From NCBI GenBank assembly GCA_963678145.2, contig CAXXWH010000002.1:1150063-1214062 (forward strand): 64,000 nucleotides of DNA, in the 5' to 3' direction. Source of the DNA: Arcobacteraceae bacterium (GTDB taxonomy: Bacteria > Campylobacterota > Campylobacteria > Campylobacterales > Arcobacteraceae). Below, piece by piece: positions 18,253 to 26,965 of the stretch. The notes under the pieces were generated by a model. That model was given only the letters and a program-made list of their open reading frames with translations. It ran no database searches and was not told the DNA's origin. Made by a program: the position numbers and the translations under genes. Each line of letters opens with the position of its first letter. Position 1 is the stretch's first letter.

Positions 18253-20274
18253 TTAATCTCTACTGCCGGGCTGTTTATTTAAAATTATAGTAAATTTCGC
18301 GCCTTTGCAATCTTTTCCATCATACTTAAAGTGATCATTTTCAACTGTAATTTTCCCTTCCATACCGTTTACGATGATATTGTAAACCATATTTAACCCA
18401 AGTCCCGTCCCCTGAGATTTATGCTTTGTCGTAAAATAGGGTTCAAACACCCTGTTCTTTATAGTATCACAGATCCCTCCCGCATTATCTTTGAAAGTGA
18501 TATATATTTTTTCCTCTTTTAAATAGGCATCTATAAATATATACTTGTCAGCCAGGCATTTATCCTCTTCCACGAGGGCGTCTTTTGAATTATTTATTAT
18601 ATTCAAAAAGCACTGCAGCAGTTCGTTTTTATACCCTTCCATCTGAATATTTTCATCAAGATTGTAAACTGCAGTGATATGATTGTTTTTAAGGGTAGAC
18701 CGGACAAGATTGTCACAGCTTTCAAACAGCTCTTTTAATAAGAACTGCTCTTTTTTCTTCTCACCTTTTATAAAATTCCTGAAATCATCTATCGTTTTTG
18801 AAAGATACTGTGCATTGTCATTTATGGTTTTGCAGGACTTGAACAACTCCTCCTCATCCAGAATATTCATCCTCTTTTGAACCTCCAAAGCCGTGGAAAT
18901 ACTTGAAATTACAGATAACGGCTGTCTCCACTGATGGGCAATATTTCCAATCATCTCACCCATTGAAGCCAACTTTTCGGTTCTAAAGAGCTGTTCTTGT
19001 ATATCCTGATTTTTTTTGATCTCTTTTGAAATGATATTTTCAAGGTTTGCATTTAACTTTTTTAGTTCGGATGTTTTTTCATCCACTGTTCTTTTCAGTT
19101 TTCTGTTCCAGTATATTACAAAAGATATCACGACAAAAAAGAATAATGCAATATCCCTTAGAAGGATCCAGTCCAGCTCTTTTTTGATCTGAATAGTTGT
19201 CCACTTGTAAAATATCCTGCTTTTCTCATCATTGTCTATTGTTGCAAGTGTTTTATCCAAAACAGACACCAGTTCCTTTGGCAGAGTTTTGTGTACGGCT
19301 ATTTTATAATGAAAAGTAAAATCAAGTTTTCGGTAGATCTTAAAGCCGTCGTATTTTTTCATTTTAAGAAGATACTGCGCAGTAATCCCGTTTAGTGCAT
19401 AAAAATCTATTTTCTTTGATTTTAAAATATCAAAACCTGTCTCAAGCTTGTCTATCTCCGTAAGCTTTACCTGGGGAAATTTTTTTTCCAGATAGCTTTT
19501 TAATCTGCTGTTTTTCAGGACTGCGACTTTTTTATTTTTCAGATCGCTGATATCGTCAAAATAGATATTATTACTCTGTACATTTTCTATTAAAACAGCG
19601 GGAATCTTTAAGAAGTCGTTCTTTGTTAGATAAAAATCTTTTTCAATCCCTTTCTCCCGTAAAGTTGCAAAAACAATGTTATCCTGCATTTCCTTGGTCA
19701 CTTTAAACTTAAGGCCGTTCTTTTCACTGACAAGATCAAGGGTATCTATAAATATTCCCTGGTACTCCTGCTGTTCACTCTCCCACTGAAAAGGTTTCTT
19801 TTCTTCTTTTAAAATGTAGACGACCTGTTTTGTTTTTTCGATCAGCTCTTTCTCTTTGGGAGTGAAGTTCAATCTGTCTGAAGCATAATATACTATTACC
19901 CTTCCTATCTCATTACCGTCATATTTTACACTCGTCTCAAAATGCGACAGCCCTTTAAACCCTGAAGGGATATTTTCATTGAAAACCATCCCCCGTTTTG
20001 AATCTCTGAAAAACCTAAGAAGCTTCTCTTTTTCCAAGTTCTCCTCAAGATATAAGGCTTTTATGTTTTTATTCTCTTGTAAGAAAGGCGTTAAGATACT
20101 TGGCAGTTCCTCTTTATCAAGATGGTAAACGGCACTTGCACTAAGCATCGCGATATTATGTGAATCCTGCTGTATCTTTTTCTCAAGGGCTTCCCCAAGA
20201 ACAGCCAGGGGGAAAACAATAATAAATACCAGCAACCTCATCTTATTCATATCTGCCACGGTATGAGTCTTCAA
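18253..20274 (-). CDS. Sensor histidine kinase with periplasmic family-3 solute-binding-protein-like domain
   Basis: 673 aa. SBP_bac_3-like region, then a TM helix, H-box GNIAHQWRQPLS, and HATPase G-boxes (KSQGTGLGLNMV). Confidence 0.85.
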   Translation of the reverse strand: MKTHTVADMNKMRLLVFIIVFPLAVLGEALEKKIQQDSHNIAMLSASAVYHLDKEELPSILTPFLQENKNIKALYLEENLEKEKLLRFFRDSKRGMVFNENIPSGFKGLSHFETSVKYDGNEIGRVIVYYASDRLNFTPKEKELIEKTKQVVYILKEEKKPFQWESEQQEYQGIFIDTLDLVSEKNGLKFKVTKEMQDNIVFATLREKGIEKDFYLTKNDFLKIPAVLIENVQSNNIYFDDISDLKNKKVAVLKNSRLKSYLEKKFPQVKLTEIDKLETGFDILKSKKIDFYALNGITAQYLLKMKKYDGFKIYRKLDFTFHYKIAVHKTLPKELVSVLDKTLATIDNDEKSRIFYKWTTIQIKKELDWILLRDIALFFFVVISFVIYWNRKLKRTVDEKTSELKKLNANLENIISKEIKKNQDIQEQLFRTEKLASMGEMIGNIAHQWRQPLSVISSISTALEVQKRMNILDEEELFKSCKTINDNAQYLSKTIDDFRNFIKGEKKKEQFLLKELFESCDNLVRSTLKNNHITAVYNLDENIQMEGYKNELLQCFLNIINNSKDALVEEDKCLADKYIFIDAYLKEEKIYITFKDNAGGICDTIKNRVFEPYFTTKHKSQGTGLGLNMVYNIIVNGMEGKITVENDHFKYDGKDCKGAKFTIILNKQPGSRD

Positions 20275-20992
20275 TCATTTTATTTATCAGTTTTTTTGAT
20301 TTTAATATTTTCAATCCTTTGTTAAAACTCTCCAGCAGCTGTTTGTGTTCCTTGTTATTTTTTGAGACCATAAGATATACAGACTTTTCAAAAACACTTT
20401 TTTGGGAAAACTGCAGCTTGGATATCTGCTCTTTTGTAAAGTTTTTCTGAAGCAAAGACCGGGCAACGCTTAACGAACAGATAAAAGCGTCAAAGGTGTG
20501 TTTTTTCAGTGTCTGCCTTAGTCCCGCCAGGTCAGAACTTACCCAATGAACTTTCAGGGTGGAGTTCTTTATCATATCGTCAATTTCCTGGGAATAGGAA
20601 TACCCTTTTGTTACGGCTATTTTATATTTTTTCAGGTCATCCACACTCTCAAAATCGATCTTTTTATTTTTTTTAAATATAAGTACGTTTTTTATAGTGA
20701 ATATCTCATCTGAGAAATAAAAATCTTTTGTTCTTTCTTTTGTTTTAAGCCAGAACCCCGTTGCATCCTCTTTGCCTACTTTTGCAGATACATAGCTTCT
20801 CTTCCAGGGGTAAAAATTGAACTGCACATCATCACCTTGTGTTTTAAAAGCCTCTTTTGTTATATGGGCTGCAACACCTTTATGCTTTAAGGATTCTGAA
20901 ACCCAGGGGCTCCATTCCCCTGTAGCTATATAAACAGTATCTCCATATAGCCACAATGCAAAGAGAAGTATAGCCTGAATTTTTATCATCAT
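20243..20992 (-). CDS. Periplasmic substrate-binding protein (family 3-like)
   Basis: 249 aa with a signal peptide (IQAILLFALWLYG) and an SBP-like sequence. Its 3' end overlaps the downstream kinase by 32 nt. Confidence 0.8.
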   Translation of the reverse strand: MMIKIQAILLFALWLYGDTVYIATGEWSPWVSESLKHKGVAAHITKEAFKTQGDDVQFNFYPWKRSYVSAKVGKEDATGFWLKTKERTKDFYFSDEIFTIKNVLIFKKNKKIDFESVDDLKKYKIAVTKGYSYSQEIDDMIKNSTLKVHWVSSDLAGLRQTLKKHTFDAFICSLSVARSLLQKNFTKEQISKLQFSQKSVFEKSVYLMVSKNNKEHKQLLESFNKGLKILKSKKLINKMIEDSYRGRYE

Positions 20993-21031
20993 TTTGCCTT
21001 AAATCTATTTTATTACATTTTTATTACTATT

Positions 21032-23164
21032 TTAACAAATAAAACTTATAATAAAACATACCCCGTCATTGATATTTTGTACTTTTATTTGTGCATTGTT
21101 CTTGTCTATTATCTGTTTTGACATATAAAGTCCTATTCCGGTGCCTTTGCCTTGCTCTTTTGTAGTGAAGTTTGGTTCAAATATATGATCTATCACCTCT
21201 TTATCTATACCTCCCGCATTGTCGCTGATAGATAAAAAGATCTTTCCCTCTTTGTTTGATACATAAAATGATATCATCCTTTCTTTTGTACCATTCTGTA
21301 TAAAAGCATCTTTGGCATTGTTTATTATATTAATAAGCACATGCTTGAACTCGGCACTGTTGAGTTTCACTTTTGCTTCAGTATCTCCGTTTACAACTGT
21401 TTTGATAGAGTTTTTTACCAATTCGTCCTTTACAAGTAAAATAGAGGTATCGATCATCTCTTGCAGTGATACCTCCTCTATTATTTCAGAGGGTCTGAAG
21501 AACCTTCTGAACTCGTTCATGGTATTAACCAAATGATCTATCTGCCCAAGACTGCTATTGACAAACTCTTCTATCCTCTCATCGGTGAGTTCTTTGTACT
21601 CATGGTCCGCCTGCATAGTCTGGATCTTCATTTTTATGATGCCCACAGGCTGCATCCACTGATGGGCGATTGAGTCTATCATCTCTCCCATTGCCGCAAG
21701 TTTGCTCTGCTGGGCAAGCATTGCGTCTTTGAGCCTTAGATCCTCTATTGATCTTTCCACTTCCTTTTGAAGGTTATTGTTCAGCCTCTCTAACTTAAGC
21801 TTGTCTTCCAAAGGATTTACCACCACGATAAAAGCGTCTTTTGAAGGCAGGAGAGTAAGCGAAAACTCAATATGCACAACTGAACCGTCTTTTTTTATAC
21901 ATATTTTTCTCTCTTTGCTTATATGCCCCAGTTTATAGGCTTCTATCAATGTTTCTATTATTTTTGGTATATCTTCCTTCCTGCTTAGATCCATACATGA
22001 AATCTTTACTATCTCATCCTGGGAATATCCCAATATCCTGCTGTAAGCATCATTTACCTCAAGAAATCTTCCTTTTAGATCTATCAGGGCAATACCGCTG
22101 TCGGCATCTTTGAACACGGAAGAGAGTTTTTTATTATTCTCGTCAATTTTTGTTACGTATATATCCTCTTTGTATATAAGATATAAAACAACCAAAAGGC
22201 TTACCATCGTCAGTATTAAAAATATTTTAAAGTTTTTGTTCTTTTGATCAATAACCTCTGCACCGCTTCTGATCACAAATACGCCTGATATAGTTTTATG
22301 TATAGGATTTTTAACGGAAATAAAGGTCATAAGCTCTTTCCTTAGGGGATCATACAGGGTAAAGCTATCTTCATTTTTTATTCTTTTTTCAAACTCTTTT
22401 TTGGTTTTAGAAGCCAAAGGAAGCAATACTTTCTCTTTTCGTTTTTTCTTTATAGCTTCCACGATCGATCTTTCCATATAGTAGCCGTCTAATACAGAAG
22501 AAACATAATTGCTTTTCTCCTCTTCAAAAAGCTTTTTATCCGCCAAAGCCTTGGGTATTAGAAAATTGGGTATTACGTTAAAACTGTTCATAAACTCTTT
22601 GCTTAATGCAAGTGTGCTATAAGAAATCTCAACGCTTCCTATATGTTCATCTTTGTAAAAAAGGGGGAATATAAATCTGTACCCGTTGAATATACGCCCC
22701 TCTTCAAAACCGTTTATCTTTTTCTTGTTTTTATTTACATAGGCAACCGTATCACGTATACCAGTTAGATTATCGCCGAATTTCCCCGGCCTGTGAAATC
22801 TTAAGAAACTTTCATTATCAGGAAGATGAAAATGAAGCTGTTTGATATCATAACTTTTTAAAAGATTATAGACATCTTTTAGATGATCATAAAGCTTTTT
22901 TCTAAGCTGTTCTTTCTTTCTTACATCACTTTTATATGCATCTTTAAATATTGATATTGTCTCTTTTGTATTTATATGGGTATAGAAAATAAGATCCGCC
23001 CAGGTGATATAGTCATCATAGTGGGCTTCATAATTTTGTTTGTACTGAACTGTTTTTGATTTTAAATATTCATCGATCTTGGTATCTCTTTCCCAATCCA
23101 GTATCATAAAAGAGATAAAAGACAATATAATAAATAAAATTGTATATACGGGAACTTTTCTCAT
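21032..23164 (-). CDS. Sensor histidine kinase (Cache-like periplasmic domain, PAS, HisKA/HATPase)
   Basis: 710 aa. N-terminal TM helix, a Cache-like extracytoplasmic region, a second TM helix, PAS (GIALIDLKGRFLEVNDAYSRILGYSQDE), H-box DSIAHQWMQPVG, and G-box GKGTGIGLYMS. Confidence 0.85.
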   Translation of the reverse strand: MRKVPVYTILFIILSFISFMILDWERDTKIDEYLKSKTVQYKQNYEAHYDDYITWADLIFYTHINTKETISIFKDAYKSDVRKKEQLRKKLYDHLKDVYNLLKSYDIKQLHFHLPDNESFLRFHRPGKFGDNLTGIRDTVAYVNKNKKKINGFEEGRIFNGYRFIFPLFYKDEHIGSVEISYSTLALSKEFMNSFNVIPNFLIPKALADKKLFEEEKSNYVSSVLDGYYMERSIVEAIKKKRKEKVLLPLASKTKKEFEKRIKNEDSFTLYDPLRKELMTFISVKNPIHKTISGVFVIRSGAEVIDQKNKNFKIFLILTMVSLLVVLYLIYKEDIYVTKIDENNKKLSSVFKDADSGIALIDLKGRFLEVNDAYSRILGYSQDEIVKISCMDLSRKEDIPKIIETLIEAYKLGHISKERKICIKKDGSVVHIEFSLTLLPSKDAFIVVVNPLEDKLKLERLNNNLQKEVERSIEDLRLKDAMLAQQSKLAAMGEMIDSIAHQWMQPVGIIKMKIQTMQADHEYKELTDERIEEFVNSSLGQIDHLVNTMNEFRRFFRPSEIIEEVSLQEMIDTSILLVKDELVKNSIKTVVNGDTEAKVKLNSAEFKHVLINIINNAKDAFIQNGTKERMISFYVSNKEGKIFLSISDNAGGIDKEVIDHIFEPNFTTKEQGKGTGIGLYMSKQIIDKNNAQIKVQNINDGVCFIISFIC

Positions 23165-23184
23165 AGTTTATCTAAACTCTCTTC

Positions 23185-24042
23185 CTATTTTCCAGCCAGA
23201 TCATTGACTGTCTCTTCGATAGTCTCGAACTCAAACTCAAAACCGCTGTCCAAAAGCCTTTTTGGATAGATACTCTGTCCCTGTGTCAGCACGGTAGACC
23301 CTTCCCCGAATATAAGGCTCAATACAAATTTGGGAAGAGGTATCACAGTAGGTCTGTGCAGAGTTTCTCCCAAAGCTTTGGTAAGAGCATAATTTGTAGT
23401 ATGCTTGGGTGCCGTCAGATTAAATATCCCTGACATATATTCATCATTTACCACAAGTTTGTAAACCCTTATAAGATCACTTATATGTATAAAAGAAAAC
23501 GGATGTTTCCCGTCACCTATGGTTCCCCCTATTCCAAGCTTGAAAGCGGGAAGCATCTTCTGCAATGCGCCCTCTTCCCCCATAACGATACCGAGCCTGA
23601 AAACAGAGGTTCTGATACCGGCATCCTCTGCTTTTAAAGCTTCTTTCTCCCAATCTTGGCAAAGCTTTCCCAGAAAATCGTCGCTTAACTCATAATCCTC
23701 TTCATTATAGACCCTTTTGGTATCATAAATCCCTACTGCGGAAGTTGAGATAAACACCTCAGGTTTGACCCGGGCTTTCCCCATTGCTTCAACAAGTGAT
23801 TTAGTGGTATCGATCCTGCTGTGGTAAAGCAGCTTCTTGTACTCTTCACTCCATCTGTGAATGATATTCGCACCTGCAAGGTTAATAACAGCTTTACACC
23901 CGTCTACCACTTCGGAAAGCTTTTCCACATCATTTAGGATATCCCTTTTTACCGGTACTACCGTATACCCTTCTTTGGTAAACATTTTTTTCAGGTTTCT
24001 ACCTACAAAACCGCTTGCACCCGTTATTGCTATTCTTTTCAT
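23185..24042 (-). CDS. TIGR01777/YfcH-type atypical SDR epimerase-family protein
   Basis: 285 aa with an N-terminal Rossmann motif (ITGASGFVGRNL) and a C-terminal DUF1731-like region. Confidence 0.85.
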   Translation of the reverse strand: MKRIAITGASGFVGRNLKKMFTKEGYTVVPVKRDILNDVEKLSEVVDGCKAVINLAGANIIHRWSEEYKKLLYHSRIDTTKSLVEAMGKARVKPEVFISTSAVGIYDTKRVYNEEDYELSDDFLGKLCQDWEKEALKAEDAGIRTSVFRLGIVMGEEGALQKMLPAFKLGIGGTIGDGKHPFSFIHISDLIRVYKLVVNDEYMSGIFNLTAPKHTTNYALTKALGETLHRPTVIPLPKFVLSLIFGEGSTVLTQGQSIYPKRLLDSGFEFEFETIEETVNDLAGK

Positions 24043-24211
24043 AATCGTTTACCTCCGATTCTTTATATATTAATAGTTTATCATAAATTATAATAATTTA
24101 GTATATAAATAAAGTATGTTTAATCTTAAATATATGCAATTAAGAATTCATTGTCTTAGCTGTTTTTAAACCTTTTTTATTATAAAATAGAAACAAAAAA
24201 GATATCACTTT

Positions 24212-24823
24212 ATGACAATAGAAAAATTTCTTCACAAACTTGAAAAAAGAGCCAACAAGAACAGCTCCAACAATCCCTACAAAGACGAAAGGGTATTAAA
24301 TAACCTCAGGATATACCTGAATATTCTCAAAGACAGATACTACAATGAAGTGATGCTTGTCGCCGAGGCTCCCGGCTACAGCGGGTGTAATATCACGGGG
24401 ATCCCTTTTACGACCGTAAAGATACTTGAAGAGAAACCCCACAAAATATTCAATGAACTTGACAAAGAACTCTTTAAAGGAACCTACTTTTCGAATATAA
24501 GCGGATCTGTCATCTGGGACTACCTCAAAGATAAAAACACCCTCCCGCTTTTTTGGAACGCTTTCCCGTTCCACCCCTATAAAAAATATAATAAACTATC
24601 AAACAGAAAACCAACTTCAAAAGAGGTACTTGAGGGTATGGATTATATTGACGACCTTATAGAGATATTCAAACCCCGCACGATAGCTTCCCTTGGAAGG
24701 TACGGTCAGCTCTCCTTGCAGAAGATATATCCAGATAAAAGGATCGACTATATAAGGCACCCTTCCCATGGAGGGAAGAAGGGGTTTATAAAGGGAATGG
24801 ATGAGTTTGTTTATAAAAAGTAA
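24212..24823 (+). CDS. Uracil-DNA glycosylase superfamily protein
   Basis: 203 aa with the motif VMLVAEAPGYSGCNITGIPFT (UDG motif A region) and a C-terminal HPSHGG (motif B region). Confidence 0.8.
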   Translation: MTIEKFLHKLEKRANKNSSNNPYKDERVLNNLRIYLNILKDRYYNEVMLVAEAPGYSGCNITGIPFTTVKILEEKPHKIFNELDKELFKGTYFSNISGSVIWDYLKDKNTLPLFWNAFPFHPYKKYNKLSNRKPTSKEVLEGMDYIDDLIEIFKPRTIASLGRYGQLSLQKIYPDKRIDYIRHPSHGGKKGFIKGMDEFVYKK

Positions 24824-24838
24824 CAAATCGTTACTTTT
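24816..24838 (+). terminator. Putative rho-independent terminator after the UDG-family gene
   Basis: AAAAGTAAC (24816-24824) / GTTACTTTT (24830-24838) with a 5-nt loop. Overlaps the stop codon and is followed by more T. Confidence 0.45.
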
Positions 24839-24915
24839 ATTAATTTTTCTTATAATTATTCTTGACTAATATATAAATTTAATTTATAATTAAATTATTT
24901 ATTAAAGGAGCCCTT

Positions 24916-25239
24916 ATGATATCTGACAACATATTAAAAGATAAAATTATCCTTGCCCTTAGTTCAAAAGATGTAAATACCCTCACAAATCTTGCAAAAG
25001 ATCTTTCATACAGGGTAAGAAGAGCCGTTGCAAGAAACGACCATACGCCCTCCTCTATCCTTGGAATTCTGGCATTTGACCCAGTTGCAAATGTCTCCTT
25101 TAAAGCAGTGGAACATAAAAACTGCGAAATAAAAAGATCCTTCAACGACTACAATCACCCATGTATCTGCTGTAATCTGAATGAAGCAAATATGGACTGC
25201 AACGCCTGTAAGAAGATAAATGAGTTTAACTGTTCCTAA
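24916..25239 (+). CDS. Hypothetical protein with LRV-like helical repeat and Cys-rich C-terminus (107 aa)
   Basis: Strong AAGGAG RBS. The segment YRVRRAVARNDHTPSSILGILAFDP resembles leucine-rich-repeat-variant motifs. C-terminus is HPCICCNLNEANMDCNACKK. Confidence 0.55.
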   Translation: MISDNILKDKIILALSSKDVNTLTNLAKDLSYRVRRAVARNDHTPSSILGILAFDPVANVSFKAVEHKNCEIKRSFNDYNHPCICCNLNEANMDCNACKKINEFNCS

Positions 25240-26548
25240 AAACCTCTATTGCCCTGTTCCTGGAACTTTTTATATCCACAATTGGGGAAGAATAATCTGT
25301 AAACAGATCTGCCCCTGATGCATATTCCGTATGGATAGATTTTGGGTCAGTGTCTTTTAGTGCAGGGATCACTTGTTTTATAAACACTGCTTCCTTATCG
25401 AACTTTGCACTTTGCAAATATGGATTAAATACCCTGAAATAAGGAACCGAATCCGCACCCGTACTTGCAGCCCACTGCCATGAGCCTGTATTTGCACTTG
25501 CATCATAATCCAGAAGCTTCAAGGAGAAATACTCCTCCCCTTTTCTCCAGTCAATTAAAAGATTTTTTGTCAAAAAAGAGGATACCACCATCCTAAGGCG
25601 GTTATGCATAAGCCCCGTACGGTTCAGGTGTCTCATGGCAGCATCCACTATTGGGACCCCTGTATTTCCTTCACACCAGGCTTTAAAGTGACCTTCATTA
25701 TCTTCCCATTTTATTATTTTTCCGTTAAAGTTCTCATGCTCGCTTTTGGGGAAATGATACAGGATATAGTTATAAAACTCCCTCCAGAATATCTGCCTTA
25801 CAAAAGGTTCACTGCCGGGATATTTTTTTATTTTGTTAAACAGCTCCCTTGGAGATATAAGACCAAACCTTAGGTGTACGGAGAGTCTGGAGACGGCATC
25901 ATTGGCAAAATAATCCCTGTCATGTTCATAGTTTTCAAGTTTCAAGGCAAACTCATCTACAAGCGTTGAAGCACTTTTATTTAGGAACCCGGGAAGCGGC
26001 TGCTCTTCAAAGCCCATGGATTCCAGTGTGGGAAAAGAGTCATATTCAAACTGAGTTTTTCTTAATAAATCGTTTCTTTGGTATTCCCCTATAGAGTCGC
26101 TCTGCCACAGGGGATTCAGGCTTTTATAAAAAGGGGTGAAAACCCTGTATGGAGTATTATCCTGTTTTAACGCCTGATCCGGATGGAACAGGTAAGAGTC
26201 GTAATACCGATCCATAGGGATCAGCTTTTCTATTGCTTTGTCCCTTTGCAGGGCATAGCTGTCAAAATCACAGCTTGCGAGAACCCTGTCAAAACCTCTT
26301 CCAAGCTCTTTGAATATCTCTTGGGGTCTGCCGTAAAAAACAGCCAGATCAAGTCCTATGCCTTGCAGCTCTTTTTTTAACTTTATCACGCTTTTATAAA
26401 TAAAAGTAACCCTTTTATCATCTTTAGGCAGTTTCTCCAGTATATTTGTGTCAAATATAAATACAGGCAGTACTTCATCTTTGGCTTTTGATAAAAGTGC
26501 ACTGTCGCTTATTCTTAAGTCTCTTCGAAACCATAATATCTCTTTCAT
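25226..26548 (-). CDS. phrB: Deoxyribodipyrimidine photolyase (cryptochrome/photolyase family)
   Basis: 440 aa with N-terminus ILWFRRDLRISDS and a FAD-binding C-terminal region (TGVPIVDAAMRHLNRTGLMHNRLRMVVSSFL ... SWQWAAS). Confidence 0.9.
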   Translation of the reverse strand: MKEILWFRRDLRISDSALLSKAKDEVLPVFIFDTNILEKLPKDDKRVTFIYKSVIKLKKELQGIGLDLAVFYGRPQEIFKELGRGFDRVLASCDFDSYALQRDKAIEKLIPMDRYYDSYLFHPDQALKQDNTPYRVFTPFYKSLNPLWQSDSIGEYQRNDLLRKTQFEYDSFPTLESMGFEEQPLPGFLNKSASTLVDEFALKLENYEHDRDYFANDAVSRLSVHLRFGLISPRELFNKIKKYPGSEPFVRQIFWREFYNYILYHFPKSEHENFNGKIIKWEDNEGHFKAWCEGNTGVPIVDAAMRHLNRTGLMHNRLRMVVSSFLTKNLLIDWRKGEEYFSLKLLDYDASANTGSWQWAASTGADSVPYFRVFNPYLQSAKFDKEAVFIKQVIPALKDTDPKSIHTEYASGADLFTDYSSPIVDIKSSRNRAIEVFRNS

Positions 26549-26630
26549 GCAGACTCCGCTTGATTAGTTATATGATACTATATTATAAAAAATGTAAATT
26601 TTGTAGGGTAATTTTGTTGTTTAAAAGGGG

Positions 26631-26661
26631 AAAAGCAAAAGAAGGAGACACTTTTGCTTTT
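26631..26661 (-). terminator. Hairpin terminator downstream of the 38-aa micro-ORF
   Basis: Perfect 11-bp stem AAAAGCAAAAG (26631-26641) / CTTTTGCTTTT (26651-26661) with a 9-nt loop, 12 nt past the micro-ORF stop. On the minus strand it is followed by CCCCTTTT. Confidence 0.55.
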
Positions 26662-26672
26662 AAGTTGTGACT

Positions 26673-26789
26673 TTAATCTAATATATTTGGGATTAGAAGA
26701 TAAGAGCCTAGACCAATTAAGATCTCAATTGCAATGATTGCAAATACGCTCGATTTTTGTGTACTAAAACTTCTAGCAATAGATTTCAT
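26673..26789 (-). CDS. Hydrophobic micro-protein (38 aa), free-standing transcription unit
   Basis: My translation: MKSIARSFSTQKSSVFAIIAIEILIGLGSYLLIPNILD. Consensus AGGAGG RBS 7 nt upstream of the ATG. It has its own extended -10 and a downstream hairpin. Not in the ORF track (<60 aa). Confidence 0.5.
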   Translation of the reverse strand: MKSIARSFSTQKSSVFAIIAIEILIGLGSYLLIPNILD

Positions 26790-26825
26790 AAATGATACCT
26801 CCTACTAAAATTTCTAAACAGCCTA

Positions 26826-26834
26826 ATTATAACA
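26826..26834 (-). promoter_or_regulatory. Extended -10 promoter element (TGTTATAAT) for the micro-ORF
   Basis: The minus strand reads TGTTATAAT, about 36 nt upstream of the micro-ORF ATG. Confidence 0.4.
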
Positions 26835-26840
26835 CACTTT

Positions 26841-26905
26841 TTAGCACCTGTCAATTCAAAGTGCTAAATTTTTTGGCACTATTTTTATAGTAGTGCTTAT
26901 TTTTA
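26841..26905 (+). repeat. Two tandem GCAC/GTGC-type hairpins, each followed by a T-run on the plus strand
   Basis: Hairpin A: TTAGCAC (26841-47) / GTGCTAA (26861-67), then T6 (26869-74). Hairpin B: GCACTA (26876-81) / TAGTGC (26891-96), then TTATTTTT. They could be terminators of a plus-strand (antisense) RNA or operator sites. Confidence 0.45.
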
Positions 26906-26965
26906 AGTTTATTTTCAACATATGTTACAAATTCCTTCCAAAGTTTAGTTAAATAAACTAAAGTT

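Noticed and set aside
26872-26890. TTGGCAC sequence resembling the -24 element of a sigma-54 promoter
   Set aside because: The -12 position reads TTAT rather than TTGC(A/T). No plus-strand gene follows. The sequence is better explained as one arm of hairpin B.
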